The notes: generated by a model not told the origin, from the letters alone. A stretch of 64,000 nt of DNA from an uncultured virus (IMG/VR IMGVR_UViG_3300042691_032227) (IMGVR_UViG_3300042691_032227), one strand, 5' to 3'. Counted from the stretch's first letter, positions 49,982 through 60,385 are shown. Numbers and translations are program-made.

Positions 49982-52900
49982 ATGCCAATACAAGAAGGAG
50001 GCACGTTTGCCCCAACACAAAATATAGTAAGTCCAGGCGTTTTCACAAGAGAAAACGATCTGTCAGGTTTAGCACAAGGAGTAGCCAATATAGGCGGTGC
50101 TATAGTAGCTCCATTCGCTGACGGTCCAGCGTTCTTTCCAGCAACAATAAGTGAAGTTTCTACACTAGAAAGTCGTTTCGGCGTTGCAGATGGAGTATAT
50201 TATGGTCCATATACCGCAAAAGAATATCTACAACAACAAGGTATCGTTACTGTAGTTCGTGTAGGTGGTCTAACAGGTTATTGGCAAAAGAATCCATTGA
50301 TTGTATACGCTCAACCAGGTGAATGGTTACGTAATACAGACGCAGGTGCAATTACATCTGCTTCTTTCATGTATCTAGATAGCAATAGCTATACCACAAA
50401 TATCAATTATCAACAAAGTAGTTCTTTGTTAAGATTGTCAGCAAGTGCTGCAGTAGGTCCAAGAATGGGTACTACTCCATTTTTCTCAGGATCACTAACC
50501 TTTACAAAAGTTACCACAGCTGATGTTACATCTTTCCTATCAAGTTTAGGAGGTAGTAGTTTGCCAGGTTATAGTGTTCTATCAGCATCGATGTATGCTT
50601 CCGCAAGTAAAGGTAAATTATTTAGTGTAACCGATGCATTTGCCGGTCTAGCAAATTCATACTATAAATTGTTTAGTGGTAGTGCAGCTACTAAAGGTAG
50701 AGTTGCAAGTTTGGGATCTTCAATCGGATATGCTTTGGCAGGATTCGATTTTGATAAATCCCGTGTAAGCGGAAGTATTACTCTTGTAGGCGGTGGTTCT
50801 GCTAAGTTTAAACTAGCATATGATACAGCCGTATTTACTACAACAGGTGGTACAGACGCTCCTGGTAATAAAACAGGTAACGGTCCAACATATCCTAATT
50901 ATTATGCTTATTTGACAGCATCATATACACCATCTCCGTTCAAGTACGGATTTGTATTTGCTAAATATCCTTCTAATCAAGCATTAACATTTGCTACTGC
51001 AAGTTTCCAATCTTCATCTGCTCAATACGAAGCTCGTTATGATGTTTCAAGAGTAGCATTGAGTGGTTCATTGAACGTAACATTTGGTTCAGTAGCAGCA
51101 ACCAGTAATACAACTACAAGTTCGTTGACAGCAACAGGAACTTTGAGTGGTAGTTTGTTGTATGCTGGTCAAAGTGTTGAAGTTGGTGATATAAATAACG
51201 TACTATTACTACGTAAATTCGTAATTGGTGGTGCAACAAAAATTGGTACTCCTTCAGGAGCATCAGTATTGTCAACCGGACAAGGTTTGTTCTTATTGAC
51301 TTCAAGTGTTCAAGGCTTGATTGTAGATGCAGAAACCGCAATAGGTACCGCCTTTGCTGAAAGTAGCACAACCAATGGTTTGTTCTCTTCGTCATTTATT
51401 AAGACAGGAGCTACAATTATTGAAAATGATGCTTATTTCAGTGTATCTGGCAATCATCCAGTACTAACTAGTGGTAGCTTTGCTTCCATTAGAGGAATTG
51501 GTACTTGTGTAGCCGGTCTACAAGTAAAAGGTGTAATCAGTGGCGATTTTGGTAAATATAACGGTAATTTCAATAACCAAGATAACCCAGGTAACGATCC
51601 ATGTAATCCAAATATAGCTGGTCGTCAGAAGATGATTTTGGCAGTGTTGGCTAATACACAAAATGCTTCAACACAATTCAGTAGTGATTATGAAGTATAT
51701 GGATTCAATACCTCAACATTATCTCAATTGACAAGTAGCGTATTCCCATATAAGGGTGCAATTAATCCTAATGAAAACGTTTACAACTTGGCATTGAAGT
51801 ATAACTTCACAAATCCAGATGGTACCGTAAGTGCCGGTACATACGGTTATTATGATTTCAGTCTAAACGAAAGTGATAATAACTACATCAAGGATGTATT
51901 CGGAATGGATCCAACCGTTGGAAATCCATCCAAACAAATCGCTGGACAAAAAGTAGAAGCTGCTTATAACTACGTTCTATTCGAAGATAGTATCAAGAAG
52001 TTCGTAGCAGAAAAGACCAGTACTTTGGGTTGGAGATTGTTGGTTGGTACAAACACTCTATCAGGCAGTTCTCTGGTTGGTGAGCCATTGAAGTTTGTTG
52101 ATCAATATAGCACCAATTTAAATGCGGGTGACAGTCAATTCTCTATCACCAACGCAATTACACCTTGGGTTTACAGTCAACAAATTGCTCCATTCAAGGG
52201 TAGTGCGGAAGGAGATACTACTCCAACTAAGTTCCAATTGTTCAGAGTACATACTTTGAGTGATGGTACTTTGAGTAACAGAAAATACAAGATCGAAATC
52301 AGCAACGTTAAGTTGGCCGGAACTGTACCAGGCAGTGAATGGGGTACATTTACACTAGCAGTACGTGCTTATAGCGATACTGATAAGAAACCAAAGTATT
52401 TGGAAATCTTCCAAAATTGTAATCTAGATCCAGCCTCTGCTAATTTCGTAGCACGTAAGATTGGTGATAGATACGCATATATCACTTATGCTGGTAAGAT
52501 TATCCAATTTGGTGATTATCCAAACTTGAGTAGATATGTCAGAATCGAAATGGCAGATACAGCTTATCCTGTTATCTCAGTTCCATACGGATTTGAAGCA
52601 TACAATACTCCAATTGACAGTACCGCTAATGCTTATATTCCTTATATTCAATATAGTAAGGCAAGTATCTACGGTTTGGCTCCTGGTAAGTATCCATCTG
52701 GTACAGTATTTAATGCCGTACCACAAAGTGATGACGAAATTCTAGCTCTATATCCAACCGCTTCGTTTGGTGTAGGTGTAGAAAATAATACACAACAATA
52801 CTTCAAACCACTACCATATTTTGGAAGTGTTGATGCAAATGGTCAAAACATCGACTTTGATCTTGAAGATAAAGTATGGGGTACAAGTACAGCTAAGTAT

Positions 52901-54004
52901 TACGCTCAAGGCGTACCAGCAAGTACAGGTTCTCTACTAGCTCCAAGTTTGAGTGGTAGTATTCCAAGTAACTACGATCCAGTAAATGAATCTACATATG
53001 TAAAACTACGTAAGTTCGTTATCGGATTCCAAGGTGGATTTGATGGTCAATGGCCAGCAATTCCAATCAACGTAGGTAGTGCTATTACACCAGGTAATAC
53101 ACAAGGTCTAGACTGTACAAATATCAACAGTCCAGGTAGTATTGCTTACAAACAATGTATTGCTGCTCTAGGTAATGCCGATGAATTTGATATCAACTTG
53201 ATCGTATTGCCCGGTATCTTCCGTGAGATGCACAGTTATGTTACCGACTTGGTAATCAATATGTGTGAAACTCGTCAAGATTGTTTCTACATTATGGATA
53301 ACGTAGTGTTCCCAGCAAGCAATCAAACCGTAGGATTGATTGATGCAGCAATTAACACTGTTGCTACAATCGACAGTAATTATGTAGGTACTTATTATCC
53401 TTGGGTTAAAATCCTAGATACTAACACCAACAAGATTATTAGTGTTCCACCTTCAGTAGTATTACCAGCAGTTTATGCTGCTAATGACAATGCTGCTGCT
53501 GAATGGTACGCTCCAGCCGGTCTAAACCGTGGTGGTATTCCAACCGCAGTACAAGTACTTGATAGAGTGACTCATAGCGAACGTGACCAACTTTATGAAG
53601 GTCGTGTAAATCCAATCGCAGCATTCCCTGGTCAAGGTATTTGTGTATGGGGTCAAAAGACTCTACAAATCGCTCCAAGTGCTTTGGATCGTATCAATGT
53701 ACGTCGCTTGTTGATCAACTTGAAGAAGTTTATCGCAAGTTCAAGCAATTACTTGGTATTCGAACAAAACGTAGCTGCTACACGTAATCGTTTCTTGAGT
53801 ATCGTAACTCCATATTTGGAATCGGTACAACAACGTAACGGTATCTACGCATTCCAAGTCAAAATGGATGCTGAAAACAATACTCCTGACTTGATTGACC
53901 GTAACATCCTCTACGGACAAATCTTCATCCAACCAACTAGAACTGCTGAATTCATTATCCTCGACTTCAACATTCTACCAACTGGAGCAAGTTTCAACGT
54001 ATAA
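49982..54004 (+). CDS. Contractile tail sheath protein with large Ser/Gly-rich insertion
   Basis: SPGVFTRENDLS N-terminus; YYPWV..WYAPAGLNRG..VNPIA..WGQKTL..LDRINVRRL..FEQN..QPTRTAEFI. Confidence 0.95.
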   Translation: MPIQEGGTFAPTQNIVSPGVFTRENDLSGLAQGVANIGGAIVAPFADGPAFFPATISEVSTLESRFGVADGVYYGPYTAKEYLQQQGIVTVVRVGGLTGYWQKNPLIVYAQPGEWLRNTDAGAITSASFMYLDSNSYTTNINYQQSSSLLRLSASAAVGPRMGTTPFFSGSLTFTKVTTADVTSFLSSLGGSSLPGYSVLSASMYASASKGKLFSVTDAFAGLANSYYKLFSGSAATKGRVASLGSSIGYALAGFDFDKSRVSGSITLVGGGSAKFKLAYDTAVFTTTGGTDAPGNKTGNGPTYPNYYAYLTASYTPSPFKYGFVFAKYPSNQALTFATASFQSSSAQYEARYDVSRVALSGSLNVTFGSVAATSNTTTSSLTATGTLSGSLLYAGQSVEVGDINNVLLLRKFVIGGATKIGTPSGASVLSTGQGLFLLTSSVQGLIVDAETAIGTAFAESSTTNGLFSSSFIKTGATIIENDAYFSVSGNHPVLTSGSFASIRGIGTCVAGLQVKGVISGDFGKYNGNFNNQDNPGNDPCNPNIAGRQKMILAVLANTQNASTQFSSDYEVYGFNTSTLSQLTSSVFPYKGAINPNENVYNLALKYNFTNPDGTVSAGTYGYYDFSLNESDNNYIKDVFGMDPTVGNPSKQIAGQKVEAAYNYVLFEDSIKKFVAEKTSTLGWRLLVGTNTLSGSSLVGEPLKFVDQYSTNLNAGDSQFSITNAITPWVYSQQIAPFKGSAEGDTTPTKFQLFRVHTLSDGTLSNRKYKIEISNVKLAGTVPGSEWGTFTLAVRAYSDTDKKPKYLEIFQNCNLDPASANFVARKIGDRYAYITYAGKIIQFGDYPNLSRYVRIEMADTAYPVISVPYGFEAYNTPIDSTANAYIPYIQYSKASIYGLAPGKYPSGTVFNAVPQSDDEILALYPTASFGVGVENNTQQYFKPLPYFGSVDANGQNIDFDLEDKVWGTSTAKYYAQGVPASTGSLLAPSLSGSIPSNYDPVNESTYVKLRKFVIGFQGGFDGQWPAIPINVGSAITPGNTQGLDCTNINSPGSIAYKQCIAALGNADEFDINLIVLPGIFREMHSYVTDLVINMCETRQDCFYIMDNVVFPASNQTVGLIDAAINTVATIDSNYVGTYYPWVKILDTNTNKIISVPPSVVLPAVYAANDNAAAEWYAPAGLNRGGIPTAVQVLDRVTHSERDQLYEGRVNPIAAFPGQGICVWGQKTLQIAPSALDRINVRRLLINLKKFIASSSNYLVFEQNVAATRNRFLSIVTPYLESVQQRNGIYAFQVKMDAENNTPDLIDRNILYGQIFIQPTRTAEFIILDFNILPTGASFNV

Positions 54005-54025
54005 GTTGAGTTAAACGCAATAACG

Positions 54026-54055
54026 AGCCCCGCTTAGAAATAAGCGGGGTTTTTT
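54026..54055 (+). terminator. Rho-independent terminator
   Basis: gccccgctta-gaaa-taagcggggt followed by T run. Confidence 0.9.
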
Positions 54056-54079
54056 GTTTACTGGGTATATTTATATATT

Positions 54080-54370
54080 ATGATACTATTAACTAGAATT
54101 GTTGAAGATTTAACTAACCCACAAGTTAAACAAACAGTCGATCCATCGCTTTTAAAAATGATAGATGAAGTTATCAACGACACAAATGTTTTAGTTGTGA
54201 ATAACTTAAAAATGATAAAAGATATAATATCAAAAGAGCCGATTGATAAAGCTAAATTGGATGTAGCTTTAAGTAATTATAAAAGATATTTTAATAGAGA
54301 CAATGGTGGTACTCCCGAAGTAATTCGTGGTATGACTATGCAAAAAAAACTAGATGAGTTATCAAAATGA
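54080..54370 (+). CDS. Hypothetical protein
   Basis: 96 aa, TATTTATA at 54068, MILLTRIVE N-terminus. Confidence 0.7.
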   Translation: MILLTRIVEDLTNPQVKQTVDPSLLKMIDEVINDTNVLVVNNLKMIKDIISKEPIDKAKLDVALSNYKRYFNRDNGGTPEVIRGMTMQKKLDELSK

Positions 54371-55140
54371 TTAGTTTAACCGATTTATTATTAGAAGCTA
54401 AACTTCCTCAAAGCGAGCAAGATATGGATCTTTATGCTCGTAAATACAAAAAAACAATAGATTATTTACGTACCAAGAACAAAGTATTGTTATTAACTAC
54501 TAGCAATAGATGGAGTGGTCATAAAGATGATATTGCTAAAAGCACACAGTTAGCTATTAAAATACAAGATTTACTCGGCAAAGAAAAAGTATCGTTGATA
54601 GATACTACCAAATTAAATATAGTTCCGTGTGAAGGCAACGTATCGTCAAAATGGGGAAATCATTGTGGTACAAAAGATTCAGTTTTAAAAGATAAAGAAA
54701 AAAATCCAAGTGGAGAACATCGTTGTTGGGCGAGTATTAATAACAAAAACGATGAATTGTGGAAGATAAGTAAAGAGTTATTTGAAAGCGATTGTGTAGT
54801 CTTTTTTGCAAGTGTTAGATGGGGTCAAGCTAACGGATACTATCAAAAATTAATTGAAAGATTAACCTGGATTGAAAACAGACATTCCACTTTGGGAGAA
54901 AGTAATATTGTCAAAAATATTGATTCAGGATTTATTGCAACTGGACAAAATTGGAATGGTAAAGATGTTACCCAAACACAAAAAGAAGTGCTTCAATTTT
55001 TTGGATTCAAAACCCCTGACCAATTATTTTGGAATTGGCAATTTACTGATAATAGTCTAGACGAAACTAAGAGTTCCTACAAAAAAGCAATTCCTGTATT
55101 TGATAAAACATTTTTAAAACCATATGATAAAGCTGAATAA
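54367..55140 (+). CDS. Flavodoxin-fold protein (NADPH-dependent FMN reductase / iron-sulfur flavoprotein-like)
   Basis: VLLLTTSNR, KST.LA, LNIVPCEG..C..C..DEL..I..L.ESD.VVF.SVRWG..KLIERL. Confidence 0.7.
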   Translation: MISLTDLLLEAKLPQSEQDMDLYARKYKKTIDYLRTKNKVLLLTTSNRWSGHKDDIAKSTQLAIKIQDLLGKEKVSLIDTTKLNIVPCEGNVSSKWGNHCGTKDSVLKDKEKNPSGEHRCWASINNKNDELWKISKELFESDCVVFFASVRWGQANGYYQKLIERLTWIENRHSTLGESNIVKNIDSGFIATGQNWNGKDVTQTQKEVLQFFGFKTPDQLFWNWQFTDNSLDETKSSYKKAIPVFDKTFLKPYDKAE

Positions 55141-56158
55141 TATTTTGAATGAAGTAATACAAGAAGGTGGTGCCGGGGGTCATATGGCACATCCATTTGA
55201 TTTTGTAAATACAGGAGCAAAGTTAGTTGACGTATTTGCTAAATCGGTAAAGTCATTAAAACAAGGTGGTGGTTCTGTTAAGATCGACGGTGTTAATGCC
55301 AGCATCCGTATGGTAAACGGTCAATTTGTAATGGATCGTGGTTCAGCAAAACCACTTGATATCAAAGGAATGCGACCAGAAGACTTACCGAGTAGATTTG
55401 AACCCGGACATGGATTTATTGGTATAGGTACAAAAGTAATTAACATCTTTGATGAAGCCATTCCATCTACCACATCCGAATTAAAAAAATTGGGTTTATT
55501 GGATAATCCAAATATATTGTTTAACATTGAATATGTTGAAGGTACAACAAATGTAGTTGGATACGGTAATATAGGTAACTTCTTAGCCATTCACGGATTG
55601 AAGGAAATCAAACCAAAGACATTTGGTAAAGACGGTAGTGTCAAATCAAGAGTAGCCACTGAAATTCCTTACGATAAAACAGCAATGCAGTCTTACATCA
55701 ATAAGTTAAATAAGGTTGCTATGAAGTATGGTTTTAAGGTGTTAGGTAGTGTTGACACTACTTTCAAATCAGAACCAAAACTAGCAAACGTTTTGTCACA
55801 ATCTATAACGTTATATCCTACCAGTACGCCAGTTACTAAGACACTCAAAGATTGGTTAAAGGGAGTAAAAATACAGACTCCATTAATTACCCGTGAACAA
55901 TTTATTAAAGCCAGTAACAGTAAAGATATATCTACCGAGTTTGCTGGTCAAGATGTTAATAAAATATTAAATGACACGATTGTTTATTTAGCTACAATTA
56001 AGTTGGGAGATGAAATATTAAATAATGCTACCAGCGAAATCGGAGATTTAGATAAACATGAAGGTATAGTTATAAGAGATTCTAGCATTTATAGTAGTCC
56101 TTTCAAAATTACAGGAAGTTTTATTATAAAAGGTCTAGAAAGTAAGTTTAAGAAATAA
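55124..56158 (+). CDS. Putative ligase-type nucleotidyltransferase
   Basis: KIDG (motif I-like), NIEY, EGIVIR (motif IV-like), FKITG (motif V-like); GHMAHPFD N-terminus. Confidence 0.5.
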   Translation: MIKLNNILNEVIQEGGAGGHMAHPFDFVNTGAKLVDVFAKSVKSLKQGGGSVKIDGVNASIRMVNGQFVMDRGSAKPLDIKGMRPEDLPSRFEPGHGFIGIGTKVINIFDEAIPSTTSELKKLGLLDNPNILFNIEYVEGTTNVVGYGNIGNFLAIHGLKEIKPKTFGKDGSVKSRVATEIPYDKTAMQSYINKLNKVAMKYGFKVLGSVDTTFKSEPKLANVLSQSITLYPTSTPVTKTLKDWLKGVKIQTPLITREQFIKASNSKDISTEFAGQDVNKILNDTIVYLATIKLGDEILNNATSEIGDLDKHEGIVIRDSSIYSSPFKITGSFIIKGLESKFKK

Positions 56159-56176
56159 AATAAATACATATTTGTT

Positions 56177-56824
56177 ATGAAAAGAGCATCAGGTAAAAGT
56201 AATCTAGGCATTGTTAAGGATTACCTAGAGGGTAATCGTCCATTCGTACAAGTTGGTTATGATCCCAACTTAAACAACAACAAACGTAAAGAAGGTGAAG
56301 AATGGGAAGACGCACAAGGTAGAAAATGGGTTTGGAAAAATGGGGTAAAACGCAGAGTTCCTAAAAAAGCAAAGATTATTAACGAACAACGTTGCAAGAA
56401 ATGTAATATGGATGTTCGTTGGGGAAATTATTTAGATGATCGTGTATGGCCAAAAACAGGAATGTGTTATGACTGTTATATCAATTTCCAGACAGATCTA
56501 AAAATAATGGGTATGTTTGAAGTGTATAATGAACTTCAAGATCTAAAAAATGAACGTAGCATATTACAGGATTATAAGAATAAATTTGAAGAAAGTAAAA
56601 AATTCTGTGAGGAAAATAAAGATAAAGATGTTACATTCTTGGAAGAAGATGGATCATTTGAAAAATGGGATGGTAATATTGACTACAATACAATTCTTGA
56701 AGATCTGAATAAAGATCTTGAAGTTGTATATAAACGTCTAGACGAATTAAATGTTAAGATAAAAGAGTACGAAGAAAAGTATGAGTCAGCAAAATCTGAG
56801 AGAGATAATAAAACAAGAGTATAA
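56177..56824 (+). CDS. Hypothetical protein with CxxC..CxxC zinc finger
   Basis: RCKKC..MCYDC, coiled C-terminus; overlaps terminase start. Confidence 0.7.
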   Translation: MKRASGKSNLGIVKDYLEGNRPFVQVGYDPNLNNNKRKEGEEWEDAQGRKWVWKNGVKRRVPKKAKIINEQRCKKCNMDVRWGNYLDDRVWPKTGMCYDCYINFQTDLKIMGMFEVYNELQDLKNERSILQDYKNKFEESKKFCEENKDKDVTFLEEDGSFEKWDGNIDYNTILEDLNKDLEVVYKRLDELNVKIKEYEEKYESAKSERDNKTRV

Positions 56825-58370
56825 GAGATGTATTGAAGATCCCATATACTTCATGAAGAAGTATGTGAAGATTCAGCATCCTATACGAGGTACAGTTGGA
56901 TTCGAACTGTATCCATTCCAAGAAGACGCTTTACAAGAGTTTGTTGATAATCAGTTAAACATTGTTCTTAAAAGCCGTCAAATGGGTATTAGTACTCTTA
57001 CTGCTGCTTATAGTTTATGGTTAATGACGTTCCACAACGATAAGAATATTCTTTGTATTAGTATCACACAGGAAACCGCAAAGGAAATCGTTACCAAGGT
57101 TAGATTTGCAAATGATAATCTTCCGAGTTGGCTAAAGGTACCGTGTGTAGAAGATAATCGTCTATCGTTACGTCTCAAAAACGGTTCACAAATCAAAGCC
57201 GTATCATCAGCTGGTACTGCCGGTCGTTCATCCGCACTGTCATTACTAATCATAGACGAAGCTGCGTTTATTGATGGTATTGAGGAAATATGGTTATCTT
57301 CACAATACACACTATCTACCGGTGGTAGAGCTATTATATTAAGCACTCCAAACGGCGTGGGTAACTTCTTCCATAAAACGTGGGTAGAAGCCGAAGAAGG
57401 TAAAAATAACTTTAAGACTATTAGATTACCTTGGTATTTGCATCCAGAAAGAGATCAAGCTTGGAGAGATAAACAAACAGAATTATCAGGTGTTAAAGGC
57501 GCGGCACAAGAATGTGATTGTGATTTTAGTACATCAGGTAATCAAGTAGTTAGTGTTGATGTATTAGAGTTTTATAAACAGACATACATAAAAGATCCTA
57601 TAGAAAGACGGGGTAATAATCAAGATTTATGGATATGGGATTATCCAAATTATAGTAAAAATTACTTAGTGACAGCGGATTGTGCTAGAGGAGATGGTGG
57701 AGATTTTAGTGCTTTTCACGTTATAGACGTTGATAGTATGGAACAGGTAGCTGAATATAAAGGACAATTAACTACAAAGGATTATGGAAACTTGTTAGTT
57801 AGTGTAGCTACCGAATACAACAATGCACTGTTAGTTGTAGAAAACAATAACGTTGGTTGGGGTACACTTCAACAAATTATAGATAGAAATTATCAAAATA
57901 CTTTCTATAGTTCAAGTGATCTTACTATTGTAGATGTGGAAAAGTCTTATAGTAATAAATTACACGCACAAGATAAAAAATTAGTTGCGGGATTTACTAC
58001 TACAACTAAAAATCGTCCTTTGATTGTAAGCAATTTAGAGTTATTTTTTAGACAAAAACAAGTAATAATCAAATCAAAACGTTTATACGAAGAGTTAAAT
58101 GTATTTATTTGGAATGGTCCCAAAGCAGAAGCAATGCGAGGATACAACGATGATTTGGTAATGTCTATTGGTATAGGTTTATGGGTCCGTGAAACTGCAC
58201 TTCGACTTAGAAATGATCAAATAGCTTATAATAAAGCTATGATTTCTAAGATATCTAAAGTAGCAAGTCCTGTAATATTACCCAAAGAAATTAGTTCGGT
58301 ACCCGATCATCATAAGACTCTTGAATTTACCGTTAACGATAAAAAAGAAAGTTTAAGTTGGTTATTGTAA
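56781..58370 (+). CDS. Terminase large subunit (T4 gp17-like)
   Basis: LYPFQ, KSRQMGIST, LIIDEAAF, STPNG, DCARGDGGDFSAF, NDDLVMS. Confidence 0.95.
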   Translation: MSQQNLREIIKQEYKRCIEDPIYFMKKYVKIQHPIRGTVGFELYPFQEDALQEFVDNQLNIVLKSRQMGISTLTAAYSLWLMTFHNDKNILCISITQETAKEIVTKVRFANDNLPSWLKVPCVEDNRLSLRLKNGSQIKAVSSAGTAGRSSALSLLIIDEAAFIDGIEEIWLSSQYTLSTGGRAIILSTPNGVGNFFHKTWVEAEEGKNNFKTIRLPWYLHPERDQAWRDKQTELSGVKGAAQECDCDFSTSGNQVVSVDVLEFYKQTYIKDPIERRGNNQDLWIWDYPNYSKNYLVTADCARGDGGDFSAFHVIDVDSMEQVAEYKGQLTTKDYGNLLVSVATEYNNALLVVENNNVGWGTLQQIIDRNYQNTFYSSSDLTIVDVEKSYSNKLHAQDKKLVAGFTTTTKNRPLIVSNLELFFRQKQVIIKSKRLYEELNVFIWNGPKAEAMRGYNDDLVMSIGIGLWVRETALRLRNDQIAYNKAMISKISKVASPVILPKEISSVPDHHKTLEFTVNDKKESLSWLL

Positions 58371-58391
58371 ATACTTATATAATAGAATAAT

Positions 58392-60329
58392 ATGGCAGAT
58401 CAATCATTTCAGGAATTAAGAAACCGTTCATTATTTGCACGTTTGAAACGTTTGTTTTCAAACGACGTAATTGTTAGAAACATTGGCGGTAAAAAGTTAA
58501 AGGTTGTCGATACCGATGAAATTCAGTATGCCACAGATCGTAATAGTTTAAGAGATCGTTTTAATAGATTACGTACCACTTCATATAACCAATATACTAG
58601 AGATTTTAATCTATCATATCAAAGCAGTCGTGTAGAATTATTTCGTGATTATGATACAATGGATATGGATCCGATCTTGGCATCTGCATTAGACATATAT
58701 GCCGACGAATGTACTACTAGAGATGAAATGGGAGAAATTCTACAAATCAAATCTACAAATGACGAAATCAAGAATATTCTTCATAATCTATTTTATGACA
58801 TTCTAAATATAGAATTCAATTTATGGAGTTGGACACGTTGTATGGTAAAATACGGAGATTTTTATCTTCGTTTACATATTAGTCCAGAATATGGTGTTTA
58901 TTTGGTTGAACCTCTAAGCACATATTATGTTACCCGTGTAGAAAATGCAGCATTAACAAATAAAAACTTTGTAAAGTTTCAAGTTAATCTTCCATATGGT
59001 AATAAAATAGAAGATTTGGAAAATTATCAGATAGCACATTTTCGTTTATTGAGTGATAGTAATTTCTTACCATATGGTAAGAGTATGTTGGAAGGTGCTC
59101 GTCGTGTTTGGAAACAGTTGAGTTTGATGGAAGACGCAATGTTAATTCATCGTATCATGCGTGCTCCTGAAAAACGTATTTTCAAGGTTGATATTGGTAA
59201 CATTCCACCTAATGAAGTGGATAACCACATGGAACGTATTATGACTCAAATGAAAAAGGTTCCATATGTAGATCAACAAACGGGTGATTATAACTTACGT
59301 TTCAATTTACAAAACATGGTTGAAGACTTTTTCCTACCAGTTCGTGGTAGTGATAGTGGCACCAGTATTGATAATTTGCCTGGATTGGAATGGACCGGAA
59401 CAGACGATATCGAATATCTTCGTAACAAGATGATGGCAGCCCTTAAGATTCCAAAAGCATTCTTGGGATATGACGAAAGTTTAAGTGGTAAAGCTACATT
59501 AGCTGCCGAAGATATTCGTTTTGCTAGAACAATTCAACGTATACAAAGAATTATTGTAAGTGAATTAAATAAGATTGCAGTAATTCATTTATATAGTCAA
59601 GGATATCGTGATGAATCTTTGGTCGATTTCACTTTAGAGTTAACAAATCCATCTACCATTTTTGAAAAAGAAAAGATAGATGTTTGGAAGAGTAAAGTTG
59701 AAGTGTCCAAAGACATGCAAGAAAATAAATTCTTTAGCAAAAAATGGATTTATGAAAATGTGTTTGGTTTGAGCGATCAAGATATGATCGAATTACAGAA
59801 ACAGTTAATTGATGATGCTAAGGGCACTTATAGATTTAAACAAATTGAGGAAGAAGGTAACGATCCAGCTATCAATTTCTTGAAATCGTCGGAAAAGAAA
59901 GAAGACGGCGGTGGAGGTGGTGGCGAAGGTGATATGGGCGGAGCTGGTGCTGATATGGGAGGTGTAGAACCAAGTGGATCTGAACCTCCAGCTGGTGAGG
60001 GTGAAAAAGGAGGAGACGCCGGTGCAGATGACACTTCTAAACCAACTGGTGGCGAATCTAAGCCAGCAGCTCCAAAGTTAGCCGAACGGGATCAAACTGG
60101 TAGAAAAGATGCAAGTAAATATAGGTTTGGTGAAGATCCACTTGGAACACTAGAGAATAACAGACGTAGTGATTTATCAGTAACACACAAGTATAAAAAC
60201 AAGTCTCCTTTATCATTGGAATCTCTAAGAGGATTGACTGATATGTTGAATACGGTGGAAGATGAAAAACAAATTTTAAGAGAAGGAGAAGAAAAATCCT
60301 TTATGGATGAAAGAAATATAAAAGAATAA
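58392..60329 (+). CDS. Portal protein (T4 gp20-like)
   Basis: LMEDAMLIHRIMRAPEKRIFKVDIGN, EDFFLPVRG, DDIEY..ALKIPK. Confidence 0.93.
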   Translation: MADQSFQELRNRSLFARLKRLFSNDVIVRNIGGKKLKVVDTDEIQYATDRNSLRDRFNRLRTTSYNQYTRDFNLSYQSSRVELFRDYDTMDMDPILASALDIYADECTTRDEMGEILQIKSTNDEIKNILHNLFYDILNIEFNLWSWTRCMVKYGDFYLRLHISPEYGVYLVEPLSTYYVTRVENAALTNKNFVKFQVNLPYGNKIEDLENYQIAHFRLLSDSNFLPYGKSMLEGARRVWKQLSLMEDAMLIHRIMRAPEKRIFKVDIGNIPPNEVDNHMERIMTQMKKVPYVDQQTGDYNLRFNLQNMVEDFFLPVRGSDSGTSIDNLPGLEWTGTDDIEYLRNKMMAALKIPKAFLGYDESLSGKATLAAEDIRFARTIQRIQRIIVSELNKIAVIHLYSQGYRDESLVDFTLELTNPSTIFEKEKIDVWKSKVEVSKDMQENKFFSKKWIYENVFGLSDQDMIELQKQLIDDAKGTYRFKQIEEEGNDPAINFLKSSEKKEDGGGGGGEGDMGGAGADMGGVEPSGSEPPAGEGEKGGDAGADDTSKPTGGESKPAAPKLAERDQTGRKDASKYRFGEDPLGTLENNRRSDLSVTHKYKNKSPLSLESLRGLTDMLNTVEDEKQILREGEEKSFMDERNIKE

Positions 60330-60385
60330 ACACAAATCCTATATATTTAAGGAGTTCTGATATATTTATAAATAATATTAATATT

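Noticed and set aside
56781..60329. Inteins or introns in terminase or portal
   Set aside because: Lengths are ordinary, motifs contiguous, no intein or homing endonuclease signatures; the portal's Gly-rich C-terminal tract is a low-complexity linker
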